A stretch of 64,000 nucleotides of DNA from an uncultured Acidobacteriota bacterium (GCA_963730155.1 CAVSQV010000002.1:495250-559249); one strand, 5' to 3'; positions 1-9,618 are shown, counted from the stretch's first letter. Program-made: numbers and translations. The notes: generated from the letters alone by a model not told the origin.

Positions 1-273
1 TTCGACGACGTGGGCAAGCTGCTGAGATTGCTGCACCGACTGGTGGATCTCGGCAACACCGTGATCGTGATCGAGCACAACCTCGACGTGATCAAGACGG
101 CGGACTGGATCCTGGACCTGGGACCCGAGGGCGGGGCGGGGGGTGGGATGCTGGTGGCGGTCGGGACGCCGGAGCAGGTGGCGGCGGTCGCGGAGAGCCA
201 CACGGGGCAGTACCTGGCAAAGGTGCTGCCGGTGCGGCGGGGGAGGGGGAGGAAGAGGGCGGCGGCGGGGTAG
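1..273 (+). CDS. uvrA: Excinuclease ABC subunit A, C-terminal fragment (5' part lies outside the window)
   Basis: The ORF tail reads ...[62 protein letters not shown]. This is the characteristic end of the second ABC module of UvrA. The frame is open from nt 1. Confidence 0.9.
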   Translation, partial: FDDVGKLLRLLHRLVDLGNTVIVIEHNLDVIKTADWILDLGPEGGAGGGMLVAVGTPEQVAAVAESHTGQYLAKVLPVRRGRGRKRAAAG

Positions 274-277
274 GTCA

Positions 278-1180
278 TCAGAACAGTCTGAGGATCTTCC
301 CGAGAACATTCTCAGCCGCCTGGAATTCGCCGGCGCAGCGTGAAAGCTGGCCAATGTTCTCGTCGATTGCGGCGACCGCTAACCGTTTGCCGCGGTTGAA
401 TCTTGAGCTTCCTCTCGGGTACGCTGCGGTTTGATCGCGAGCAGCTGCCGCACTAGTCATGGTTGTCTCTAGGAGCGCTCGAATGTTCTTTACTTGCCCG
501 AGTTTGTCTTCGAACATCTCGCGAGTTGCTGGCTCGAAATCGCTGGCCACGGCAGAAGCGCGGGAAAGGGCTCGCAGCATGCTAGTAGAGGCGGCAGCCA
601 AGGTATCGCCTGCCGCGACCAGGTCGTTGCTGAAGGCCGTCATCTGATCCCCACCAAGGTGGTCGAGGGACTTTGCCGTACGGAGGTTCAGTCGAGGGCT
701 CGACAGGAGGGCCTGTATCTTCGCCATCCTTTCTGCTATTTGAGCATTGTGGCGGGAGAGGACTCCGCTTATATCGCGCAGCGCCTGCGTGCTGCGTGCA
801 AGGTCGTGCCGATACTCAGCAATGTAAAAACCGAGCTCCCCTTGTGCAAGCAGGGCTGACGAATCTTCACCAGGGGTTCCGCGAAGCATCGACTCCAAAA
901 ACCTTCTGACTGCATCATAGAGTGCCGTACGGTAAGTCTTAACTTCGTCTATCTGAAGGCCCTTCGATTGGCGAGTCTTGCCGTCGTATCGGTCGTGGTG
1001 CTCGAGGCAGAGCCACACCAGATTATCGATTGCATTGTTCTCCGGGTTATGGTCTAGATGTGCGATCTGTCCTGGCTTTTCAGATAGGTCAGCACTGAGT
1101 CCAAAACAGATTGCACAGCGCCGCCTGCTCAACGTGAGGAGGCGCGTTTGAGTGTCAGCAGGGATCTTCGGGCGAGTCAT
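278..1180 (-). CDS. HNH endonuclease domain (N-terminal ~95 aa) fused to a ~200-aa all-helical domain of unknown function
   Basis: The N-terminus carries CAIC...HLDHNPENNAIDNLVWLCLEHHDRYD (CxxC, H-N-N, C..HH), a classical HNH/zinc-ribbon pattern. The remainder is Ala/Leu/Ser-rich heptad-like sequence. G+C is visibly lower here: hand counts of single 60-nt lines give about 47-58 %, against about 75 % in neighbouring genes. Confidence 0.7.
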   Translation of the reverse strand: MTRPKIPADTQTRLLTLSRRRCAICFGLSADLSEKPGQIAHLDHNPENNAIDNLVWLCLEHHDRYDGKTRQSKGLQIDEVKTYRTALYDAVRRFLESMLRGTPGEDSSALLAQGELGFYIAEYRHDLARSTQALRDISGVLSRHNAQIAERMAKIQALLSSPRLNLRTAKSLDHLGGDQMTAFSNDLVAAGDTLAAASTSMLRALSRASAVASDFEPATREMFEDKLGQVKNIRALLETTMTSAAAARDQTAAYPRGSSRFNRGKRLAVAAIDENIGQLSRCAGEFQAAENVLGKILRLF

Positions 1181-1225
1181 AGGTGCAAGGCACTCTGGGA
1201 GAGGTGCTGGGTGCAGCGGACTGGC

Positions 1226-1837
1226 TCAGTTACGAACGATCGCCGGCGCCAGCCGCAGCCGCGCGCCCAGGAGCGCGCTCTCGAAGAAGCCCTCGGTGTC
1301 GACCTTCATCGCCACCAGCGTCTCGCCTTCGCGCCGGAAGCCGGCGGCGTCGCGGCCGTCGGGCCAGGCGTAGTAGTACTCGCCGACGCCGCACTGCTGG
1401 TAGGCGAGGAACTTGGCGCCATGGGGGGCCATGTCGCGCTCGGACGTTTCCCGGCTCAGCAGTTCGATCACCAGGTCCGGCACGCGGGAGACCGTCCTCG
1501 TTCCCGGGACGAAGTCGGGGGCCGAAGTGCAGTGGATCGCCAGGTCCGGAAACACCACGGTGTCCGCGGGCCAGGGCAGCCGATGCCGCGCGTCCAGGCT
1601 CATCCGCCATCCGCGTTCCTGGACCAGGGGCCGCAGCACGGCGGCGAGATCCGCGGCGGACTCGCCGGTGAAAAAATCCCCCGGGCTCATCGGCACCACC
1701 CAGCCGGCAATGAGCTCGAGGGGACGCTCTGGAGCCAAGGGCCACTCCTCGAATTCCGTTGCGGTGACGGGCCCAGGGCTTTCCGGGTGGAGCCCGAAGA
1801 GGGCGTTGGGCGGGAGGATCTGATCGGCGATCGCCAT
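1226..1837 (-). CDS. Uma2-family (DUF820) PD-(D/E)xK putative endonuclease
   Basis: Motifs ELIAGWVVPMSP, PDLAI, VPDLVIELLSRETSERDMAPHGAKFLAYQQCGVGEYYYAWP are typical of Uma2 proteins. I prefer the ATG at 1837 (GAGGGA upstream) to the ORF-track start at 1882. Confidence 0.8.
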   Translation of the reverse strand: MAIADQILPPNALFGLHPESPGPVTATEFEEWPLAPERPLELIAGWVVPMSPGDFFTGESAADLAAVLRPLVQERGWRMSLDARHRLPWPADTVVFPDLAIHCTSAPDFVPGTRTVSRVPDLVIELLSRETSERDMAPHGAKFLAYQQCGVGEYYYAWPDGRDAAGFRREGETLVAMKVDTEGFFESALLGARLRLAPAIVRN

Positions 1838-1941
1838 CGCGGTTCCCTCGCGGCCATAGTAGCAAGACCTCACCGCTCCCATGATCCGGGGGTGCCATCC
1901 TTGGGGGCGGCGGCACGGTGGCCGGGAGCGTCGAGCTGATG

Positions 1942-2241
1942 TTACGCCTTGTTTGCGCCGCGGTCAAGCGCGCGCGGGATGATGACGCGCTTGACCCTCA
2001 ACTCCGAGCGCGCTCCGCGTACACCGGCCCGTAGCGCCTCGAAGTAGGCCGCATCCGCGGGCTCCGCCGGGAGGGACGCGGCCCCCTCCAGGAGCACGCT
2101 CCGGAAATGAAGGCGATCCGGGTCTTTCTGGATCAGCTCGCGCACGGGCTCGCTCGCCGTGCCGTGGTAGCCGCACGGCGCGGCCTGTTCCTCGACGCAG
2201 ACCTTGAGGGCCTGGGGTAGCGGGACGTTCGTCGCGCGCAT
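1942..2241 (-). CDS. ParD-type ribbon-helix-helix antitoxin with no intact ParE partner
   Basis: MRATNVPLPQALKVCVEEQAAPCGYHGTASEPVRELIQKDPDRLHFRSVLLEGAAS follows the ParD pattern (N-terminal beta-strand, G.Y.saSEvvRe.lr). The downstream gene is the Uma2 nuclease, not a ParE toxin. Confidence 0.65.
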   Translation of the reverse strand: MRATNVPLPQALKVCVEEQAAPCGYHGTASEPVRELIQKDPDRLHFRSVLLEGAASLPAEPADAAYFEALRAGVRGARSELRVKRVIIPRALDRGANKA

Positions 2242-2273
2242 GACGGGCAGCGTAGCGAGCTAGGAAGGACTCT

Positions 2274-2303
2274 GGCAAGACAGGTGCGGCAGAGGGTCTT
2301 GCC
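2274..2303. repeat. Perfect 8-bp inverted repeat GGCAAGAC-N14-GTCTTGCC upstream of the ParD start
   Basis: Read directly from the sequence. It lies 33-62 bp upstream of the ParD ATG (2241), so it may be an operator. No T-tract follows on either strand. Confidence 0.4.
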
Positions 2304-2379
2304 CGCGGAGGCTCGGGCGGGCTCGGCAGGGTCGCCGAGCCCGCTCAGCGGCCTCGTTCTTGGATGAGACGGCGGAGTC

Positions 2380-3945
2380 CTACTGCGCCGCGCTCGTACC
2401 GTGCGCCGCCACCGGGCTCACCCCCTGGTTCACCGGCGCCGCCGGGACCTCGAGCATCATGAAGTACATCAGGTCGGTGCTGACGGCGCTGCCCTTGCTC
2501 ACCAGGGCGTTGGTGTGGCAGCCCATGCAGTTCGCCCGCTCGTAGCTCTCCATCGAGGTGTTGGCCAGGTAGGGCACGACCCGGGTGCCTTCGCTCGAGG
2601 TCAGAGTGACCTGGGGCGCGTATTCGTTGACCGCGCCGGGCAGGGCGACGATGGTCACGTCGTTGGCGCAGGTCTTCTTTTGGGTCGAGCTGAAGGCGGT
2701 GAACCACTGGGTTGAGATCAGCGCGTAGTTCGACCAGACCGAGGAGGCGCCGGTGGCCTGGTTGCAGGCCTGGGTCTGGGCGTAGGCGGTCGGGTAGTTG
2801 GCCTGGAGTGCGAGCTGGCGGCAGAGCCGGGAGTAGCCGCCCGTCTGGTTGGGGGCCTGGTCGACGCAGTAGCTGTTGTTGCACGCCGTGGTGCCGTTGG
2901 TGGCCGGCGTCGCGTTGCACGAGGCGAAGCGCGGGTCCGAGGTGTTCGCCGGGAAGAAGTTGTAGGCGCCGCCGGTCGACGGGCAGCCGGTGCTCGGGTC
3001 GTTCTGCTTGACAGTCAGCTCGGGCGGCGGGGTCGAGGTGCAGTCGGGCCCGTTCGCCGCGTGCTCGAAGGTCGACCAGGTCCAGGCCGACTGCTGCGTG
3101 GTCTTGTGCGCGATGTGCTGGCCGACGAGCGCCATGGTGGCCAGCTCGCAGGTGTCCTGGCCGCTCGCGTTCTGAGACGCCGGCGTATAGAGCAGCAGGT
3201 TCTCCATGTGGTACTTCGAGGCGTCGAGGCCGTCGGCCTCCATCCACGCGTTCTTGATCGTGATCGAGCCGACGCCGGGGTCGGACGGGCTCGCCTTCGG
3301 CCCGCCGCCGTTGTACGTCCCGCACGGGAACGAGAGGCTCTCGGTCAGCCCGTTCAGCACCGAGCTCAAGTACCACTTCTTGGTGACGATGGTGTCGAAG
3401 GTCACCTCGCTGATCAGGATCTCGTAGCGCAGGAAGGTGCCGTTGGCGGCGATCACCGGGTTGGCCGAGAGGCCCTGCTTGGTGGCTTCGAAGAAGCCGT
3501 CGTCGACCTTCGAGATCTCGTCGAGGACGCGGTAGTTCTGATACCCCTCGATCGAGGTGCAGACGCTGGGGTAGTAGTGGGCGCCGTAGGCCGGCGTGCT
3601 GGTGGCGGTGGCGGCGAGGAGCAGGTCATCGGTGGACGACCAGCCGGGATCTGCGGCGGTGATCGGGGCCGCCACCGAGCCGCCCCAGAGCGTCCGGTTG
3701 TCGCCCGTGGTGCTGACGCTCTGGCCGACCGCCGGCGCGTTGAGCGCCAGGAACATCTGCCAGGAGTAGGTGTCGAGGTTGGCCTGGTCCGGCGGATCGT
3801 CGCCGAAATCGCCGATGTCGCCCGGCAGGTCGTAGGAGATGTCGCAGGTCTGGGCGGCCGCCTGAGCGCCGGAGAGCGCCAGGACCGCCATCAAGAGGAC
3901 CGGGATCGAACTGGGTCGGGCACGGAAGAACGTCGGGTATCGCAT
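2380..3945 (-). CDS. Secreted protein of unknown function with a single C-terminal CxxCH motif
   Basis: The signal peptide reads MRYPTFFRARPSSIPVLLMAVLALSGAQAAAQ. AAGGAGGAG lies just upstream of tandem ATGs. The protein has many Cys residues, and the C-terminus reads SMESYERANCMGCHTNA. I recognise no other domain. Confidence 0.7.
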   Translation of the reverse strand: MRYPTFFRARPSSIPVLLMAVLALSGAQAAAQTCDISYDLPGDIGDFGDDPPDQANLDTYSWQMFLALNAPAVGQSVSTTGDNRTLWGGSVAAPITAADPGWSSTDDLLLAATATSTPAYGAHYYPSVCTSIEGYQNYRVLDEISKVDDGFFEATKQGLSANPVIAANGTFLRYEILISEVTFDTIVTKKWYLSSVLNGLTESLSFPCGTYNGGGPKASPSDPGVGSITIKNAWMEADGLDASKYHMENLLLYTPASQNASGQDTCELATMALVGQHIAHKTTQQSAWTWSTFEHAANGPDCTSTPPPELTVKQNDPSTGCPSTGGAYNFFPANTSDPRFASCNATPATNGTTACNNSYCVDQAPNQTGGYSRLCRQLALQANYPTAYAQTQACNQATGASSVWSNYALISTQWFTAFSSTQKKTCANDVTIVALPGAVNEYAPQVTLTSSEGTRVVPYLANTSMESYERANCMGCHTNALVSKGSAVSTDLMYFMMLEVPAAPVNQGVSPVAAHGTSAAQ

Positions 3946-4097
3946 CATCTCCTCCTTGGGATTGGATTGGTCACCGTGGCTCACGGGCCCCGATCGCGGG
4001 CGGGGTCGTCGAGTGGGGTGCCACGCTTCGAGGTGACCTGGCCCGCGGAACTGTTTCCTCGATCGCCGGTCGCTCGGTCCCGCGGGTGGCCGGCGCC

Positions 4098-5177
4098 CTA
4101 ATCCTCTTCGCTCAGCTTGGGCGGCGTGCGGATATTGGTGGTCAAGGGGGGCGTCGCGGCTCGTTGCTGCAGGAGAGCGACCTCCTGATCCCCTTGCCCC
4201 CGTGCCTGCGCCATCGCGTTGTGGACGCCATGGTAGCGCCCGATCATGTTGCCGAGGAAGCGCGCGGGCATGGCGGGCCGAATGGGGTCGTTCTGGTCGG
4301 CCATCGGCCCCCGGATGGCGCTACGCCCCGCGAAATAGCCGCCCACGAGTCCGGCCAACCCGAGGCCCATGCGCCCCCTCCGCACCCATGGGTTGCTCCA
4401 GGCCTTTCCCACGCTCGATTTCTGCCAGGCCCCGTACGCCGACGTGAAGCGACTCCTCCAGCGCTGGATGGGCGGCGAGGAGTCCGCTCCCGGGGACGCC
4501 GCACCGGTCCCGGCCGGCCCCGGGGCGGCCGCCTCTGGAACCACTGTGCCCGCGGCTCGGGCCCCGGCGGCCGATGGCTGCCGCGCCGCTTTCCGGCCGA
4601 GCTGGTCGGCCTCGGCCTCGAGCGCCGGATCGGCGTTGATCGGAGCGCCCTTGCCCTGGGGCACCGCCACCCGCCCGGCCTGCTGCTGGGCGACGTGGGC
4701 GAGCTCGTGGCCCAGGATCTCCTGACCGTGGCGGGTTACCGGGCTGTACTTGCCCGGGGCGAAGTGGATGTCGCGGCCGCGGGTGAAGGCCAGGGCGCCG
4801 ATCGACTCCGCCGCGCCCCCTTCATGGATCCGGACGTCGGAGAAGTCCTGGCCCAGGGCGCGCTCCATCCGGGCGCGCACCGCGGCCGGCATCGACTTGC
4901 CGCGACCCGCGGGAGCGAGGTGCCCGCCCGGGGGGCGCGGCTCCGCGGCCAGGGCCTGGAGCGGCTGGGAAGACGCTCCGGCGGCCGGCGGCGCCACCCG
5001 GACCCCGCCGAGATGATGGCCCAGGAGCTGGGCTCGCTCGACGGCAGCCTCGCGGTCGAGATCCGCGGAGCCGCGGGACCGTGTGCGGGACCTCGAGGCG
5101 GGCGCGGCGAGCCCCACACGCGAAGCGGCCGCCGGAGGCTGCGAGGAAGTCTGAATCGGAGCCGAGATCCTGGTCAT
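4098..5177 (-). CDS. DUF4157 (HExxH, eCIS/polymorphic-toxin-associated N-terminal domain) protein with an unknown C-terminal module
   Basis: The canonical DUF4157 core is present: MERALGQDFSDVRIHEGGAAESIGALAFTRGRDIHFAPGKYSPVTRHGQEILGHELAHVAQQQ. GGAGGTG lies upstream of the ATG. The C-terminal ~130 aa contain a glycine-zipper-like hydrophobic stretch, GLGLAGLVGGYFAG. Confidence 0.8.
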   Translation of the reverse strand: MTRISAPIQTSSQPPAAASRVGLAAPASRSRTRSRGSADLDREAAVERAQLLGHHLGGVRVAPPAAGASSQPLQALAAEPRPPGGHLAPAGRGKSMPAAVRARMERALGQDFSDVRIHEGGAAESIGALAFTRGRDIHFAPGKYSPVTRHGQEILGHELAHVAQQQAGRVAVPQGKGAPINADPALEAEADQLGRKAARQPSAAGARAAGTVVPEAAAPGPAGTGAASPGADSSPPIQRWRSRFTSAYGAWQKSSVGKAWSNPWVRRGRMGLGLAGLVGGYFAGRSAIRGPMADQNDPIRPAMPARFLGNMIGRYHGVHNAMAQARGQGDQEVALLQQRAATPPLTTNIRTPPKLSEED

Positions 5178-5347
5178 CCGGTCACCTCCCCGCGGTCGAG
5201 TGGCCTGGATCCATCAGAGGGAGCGGAGCGACAGCCATTGTATGCGAGTCCGCGCAGTCGCGGACGGATGCTCGGCCGATCGCCATGCCCAGGCTTCGCC
5301 CACTGATCGGCCCGCGTGGGCTCCCAGTCGGCGGCGCTACGGTTTCC

Positions 5348-6211
5348 TCACCCGGTCGTCTCGCAGGCGTCCGGATCCCCGGTCTCCAGCCCACGCCGCA
5401 GCCACTGCCGCCGCTGGTCGCTCGACCCGTGGGTCCAGCTCTCCGGCCGCACCGTGCCGGTGGACTGGCGCTGGATGGCGTCGTCGCCGATCGCGGCGGC
5501 GGCGCGGAGGCCTTCTTCGACGTCGCCCGGTTCGAGGAGGTCGGCGGCGTGGTGGCCCCAGACGCCGGCCAGGCAGTCGGCCTGGAGCTCGAGGGACACC
5601 GACAGGCGGTTGCCCTCGGTCTCGGAGACCCGGCCGCGGGCCCCGTGGATGCGGTCGCTGATGCCGAGCAGGTTCTGGACGTGGTGGCCGACCTCGTGGG
5701 CGATGACATAGGCCTGGGCGAAGTCGCCCGGGGCGCCGAAGCGGCGCTCGAGGTCGCCGAAGAAGGTGAGGTCGATGTAGAGCTTCTCGTCGGCGGGGCA
5801 GTAGAACGGGCCGACCGCGGCGCTGTTGAAGCCGCAGGCCGACTGCACGGCGCCCGAGAAGAGCACCAGGGTCGGCTCGCGGTAGTCGCTGCCGGCGGCG
5901 GCGAACAGCTCGTTCCAGGTGTCCTCGGTGTCGGCCAGGACCACCGCGGCGAACTGCCCGAGCTGGTCGCCGGGCGCGCCCTCGGGACCGGGCGCGGAGC
6001 CGGCGGGGGCGCCGCCCGGGATCTGGGCCGAGGGCCCCTGGGTCTCTTGGAGGACGTCGAGGAGCTGCTGCGGGTCGCCGCCGAAGAGGAACATCACCAC
6101 CAGGAGCACGACCAGCCCGCCGCAGCCGATCGGCACGCCGCGGGTCAGGGCCGGACCCCGGCCCCGGCGGTCCTCGACGTTGGTGCTCGTCCGCCGTCCC
6201 TGCCATTTCAT
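5348..6211 (-). CDS. ypfJ: YpfJ-family neutral zinc metallopeptidase (membrane-anchored)
   Basis: Supporting motifs are MKWQGRRTSTNVEDRRG, an N-terminal TM helix, GPFYCPADEKLYIDLTFF and YVIAHEVGHHVQN (HExxH). I chose the start at 6211 because GGAAAGGAGG lies upstream. The ORF-track extension to 6376 is an Arg/Pro-rich artefact. Confidence 0.85.
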   Translation of the reverse strand: MKWQGRRTSTNVEDRRGRGPALTRGVPIGCGGLVVLLVVMFLFGGDPQQLLDVLQETQGPSAQIPGGAPAGSAPGPEGAPGDQLGQFAAVVLADTEDTWNELFAAAGSDYREPTLVLFSGAVQSACGFNSAAVGPFYCPADEKLYIDLTFFGDLERRFGAPGDFAQAYVIAHEVGHHVQNLLGISDRIHGARGRVSETEGNRLSVSLELQADCLAGVWGHHAADLLEPGDVEEGLRAAAAIGDDAIQRQSTGTVRPESWTHGSSDQRRQWLRRGLETGDPDACETTG

Positions 6212-6305
6212 CGCGCGCCTCCTTTCCGGCCGCCCACGACCGTGCGCCGGCATTCTCGCACCGATGCGGCGGGGAGGGGGGCTCGAAGGCCCCCCTCGAA
6301 GAGAC

Positions 6306-7460
6306 TCAGAGCCGCCAGTTGATCGTCGCGGTGAAGTGGCTCTTGTACGACGAGGCGCCGCCGAAGCCGGCTCCACCCCAGACGTCGTAGAGGTTGCAGG
6401 CGTTCGGGTGCTGGATCTTGGTGTCGAACGCGGCGTGGTTGGAGGAGTTGCCGACGTTCTGCAGCTTGTTGGTCTTGGCCTGCCGCAGGTCGAACTGGTT
6501 GTTCGGGCACTCGTCGGTGTTGAGGACGCTGCCGCCGTCGCACTCGGAGTCGGTGTGGTAGAGGGCGTGCTTGCTCTCCGCCGAGAAGATGTCGACGAAC
6601 CCGGTCTTGGGCAGGCTGTCGTAGCACCGCCAGGTCGACTGGCTCGCGCAGCCGCCGTTCCAGTTGCAGCCGACGGACGGCGTGCACTGCGAGGGTGTGC
6701 GGTACGAGGCGCAGCCGCTGTGGACGCCGGTGCAGGACGCGAAGTACGAGCAACCCGGGGTGGCGTAGCAGGCCGCCGAGTCGGTGACCTCGCCGCACGC
6801 GGTGCATCCGTAGCCGCCGACCTTGCTCGAGTCCGAGAGCCACTCGCCCCAGTGGGCGGAGGTGAAGTCGCGGATCATCACCCAGGGGTCGGGGCTGGAC
6901 ATCGCGGGGCCCTGCGAGGTGGTGCGGCGCAGGACCGCGGCGTACATCTCGCTATCGCCGAGGTGCGAGTAGGCGCCGCCGGGGATGTCGCCGCGGTCGT
7001 TGAAGAACGTGATGCCGTAGCGGATCTCGAGGCACTCCCACAGCTCGTCGCACAGCGCGTTGGTGCCGGTGAAGAAGGGACGCATCGTGTAGGGGGTCGC
7101 GAAGCCCCGGAACAGGTAGCTCTCGTCGCGGTCGACGCTCGCGTGCTGGAGCAGGACGCGCGGGAAGAACTTGTGCGCGAGGTCGAACTCGAGCGGGTCG
7201 GGGATGCCGTCGAGGTCCTTGTCACCGCTCCACGGCCGCTGGCAGTCGGAGCAGGTGTCGGCCGTGCAGGCCGGCGGGGCGCCGCCGCCGCAGTCGGCCG
7301 GGCAGTTGGTGGCGTTCTCGGGCGGGATCGCGGTGGTGGCGCAGATGCCGTTGCCGCAGACGTCGATCGCCTGGGCGGCGCCGGGTGCGAAGAGGGCGAG
7401 CAGGGCGAGCAGGCAGAGAGCCGCCGGTACGGCGGCGCGGTCGATGTGGCTGCGAATCAT
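6306..7460 (-). CDS. Cysteine-rich secreted protein of unknown function
   Basis: The signal peptide is MIRSHIDRAAVPAALCLLALLALFAPGAAQA. It is followed by CGNGICA...CPADCGG and many more Cys residues. AGGAGG lies upstream of the ATG at 7460. Confidence 0.7.
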   Translation of the reverse strand: MIRSHIDRAAVPAALCLLALLALFAPGAAQAIDVCGNGICATTAIPPENATNCPADCGGGAPPACTADTCSDCQRPWSGDKDLDGIPDPLEFDLAHKFFPRVLLQHASVDRDESYLFRGFATPYTMRPFFTGTNALCDELWECLEIRYGITFFNDRGDIPGGAYSHLGDSEMYAAVLRRTTSQGPAMSSPDPWVMIRDFTSAHWGEWLSDSSKVGGYGCTACGEVTDSAACYATPGCSYFASCTGVHSGCASYRTPSQCTPSVGCNWNGGCASQSTWRCYDSLPKTGFVDIFSAESKHALYHTDSECDGGSVLNTDECPNNQFDLRQAKTNKLQNVGNSSNHAAFDTKIQHPNACNLYDVWGGAGFGGASSYKSHFTATINWRL

Positions 7461-7635
7461 GGTCGACGACCTCCTGGAAGTCTGGTTGTGGGAATCGGGG
7501 GTGCGGAGCCTCCCGGGGGGCGGCACCGCGCATGATCCGAGCTACGTAAGTCCCGCGGAGAGTCCGACACGCCGAGTGCGCCTGGCTCGAGCCGCGCTGA
7601 AACGCCCCGCCGGCGGCGGGCGTAAGATCCCCCGT

Positions 7636-9105
<1,470 letters not shown>

Positions 9106-9142
9106 AGGGGCGGGAGAGCGATTGGGACATCCTGACGCAGGC

Positions 9143-9239
9143 GCGACAAAACGCCCCGGAGCGGTCTCGGCCGCCCCAGTTTGGGGCTTTACGGGGCGCG
9201 CCTCGGGCCGGCCGGGAACTGTCTGGGGCAATTTGTCGC
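9143..9239. repeat. Inverted 8-mers GCGACAAA (9143-9150) and TTTGTCGC (9232-9239), a candidate activator-binding (UAS) pair
   Basis: Read directly from the sequence. A third copy of the core, TGCGACA, overlaps the -12 element at 9354-9360. Confidence 0.3.
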
Positions 9240-9341
9240 ATTCAGGGGTGCGGCAAGGTGCCGCAGCCGCCTGCCGGCACGGGAGGCAAGTCGTTGATCT
9301 AGCTGGATTTGTGGATCGCTGGCGACGCCGCCGCGGCGACC

Positions 9342-9356
9342 TGGCAACGGCCTTGC
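9342..9356 (+). promoter_or_regulatory. Sigma-54 (-24/-12) promoter TGGCAA-N5-TTGC
   Basis: TGGCAACGGCCTTGC matches the consensus TGGCAC-N5-TTGC at 9 of the 10 specified positions, with correct spacing. It lies 31 nt upstream of the ATG at 9387, whose RBS AAGGAGG is at 9374-9380. It sits directly downstream of the activator gene. Confidence 0.6.
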
Positions 9357-9386
9357 GACAGGGGCCGGTGCACAAGGAGGCCGCCG

Positions 9387-9542
9387 ATGCTAGACTCCAT
9401 CCGCAGATTCGTCGACGTCCCGAGCATCTCGCTGAAGGCCGTTTTCGCGGTGGGCACCTCGGTCAGCTTCGTCTGGCTCCTGGCGCACGACCTGATCCAT
9501 CCACTGGTGATCTACGCTCTCGAGCTCTACCTGGTCTTCTAG
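9387..9542 (+). CDS. 51-aa hydrophobic micro-protein (predicted single or double TM)
   Basis: The product is MLDSIRRFVDVPSISLKAVFAVGTSVSFVWLLAHDLIHPLVIYALELYLVF. It has a strong RBS and is the first ORF after the sigma-54 promoter. Confidence 0.5.
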   Translation: MLDSIRRFVDVPSISLKAVFAVGTSVSFVWLLAHDLIHPLVIYALELYLVF

Positions 9543-9618
9543 CCCGCCTCATCTCGCGCAGGCAGCCGCTCGAGACTCCCCATCATCAGACCCCGCGCCC
9601 ACGCACGCCCGGAACGTC

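Noticed and set aside
2274-2303. The inverted repeat GGCAAGAC-N14-GTCTTGCC as an intrinsic terminator for the upstream secreted-protein gene
   Set aside because: No U/T tract follows the hairpin on the minus strand, and the 14-nt loop is long for a terminator. An operator role for ParD is equally or more plausible, so it is listed only as a repeat.
7591-7605. A possible sigma-54 promoter, TGGCTCGAGCCGCGC, upstream of the activator gene
   Set aside because: Only the GG-N10-GC spacing matches. The -12 region is GCGC rather than TTGC, and GG-N10-GC arises easily by chance at this G+C content.
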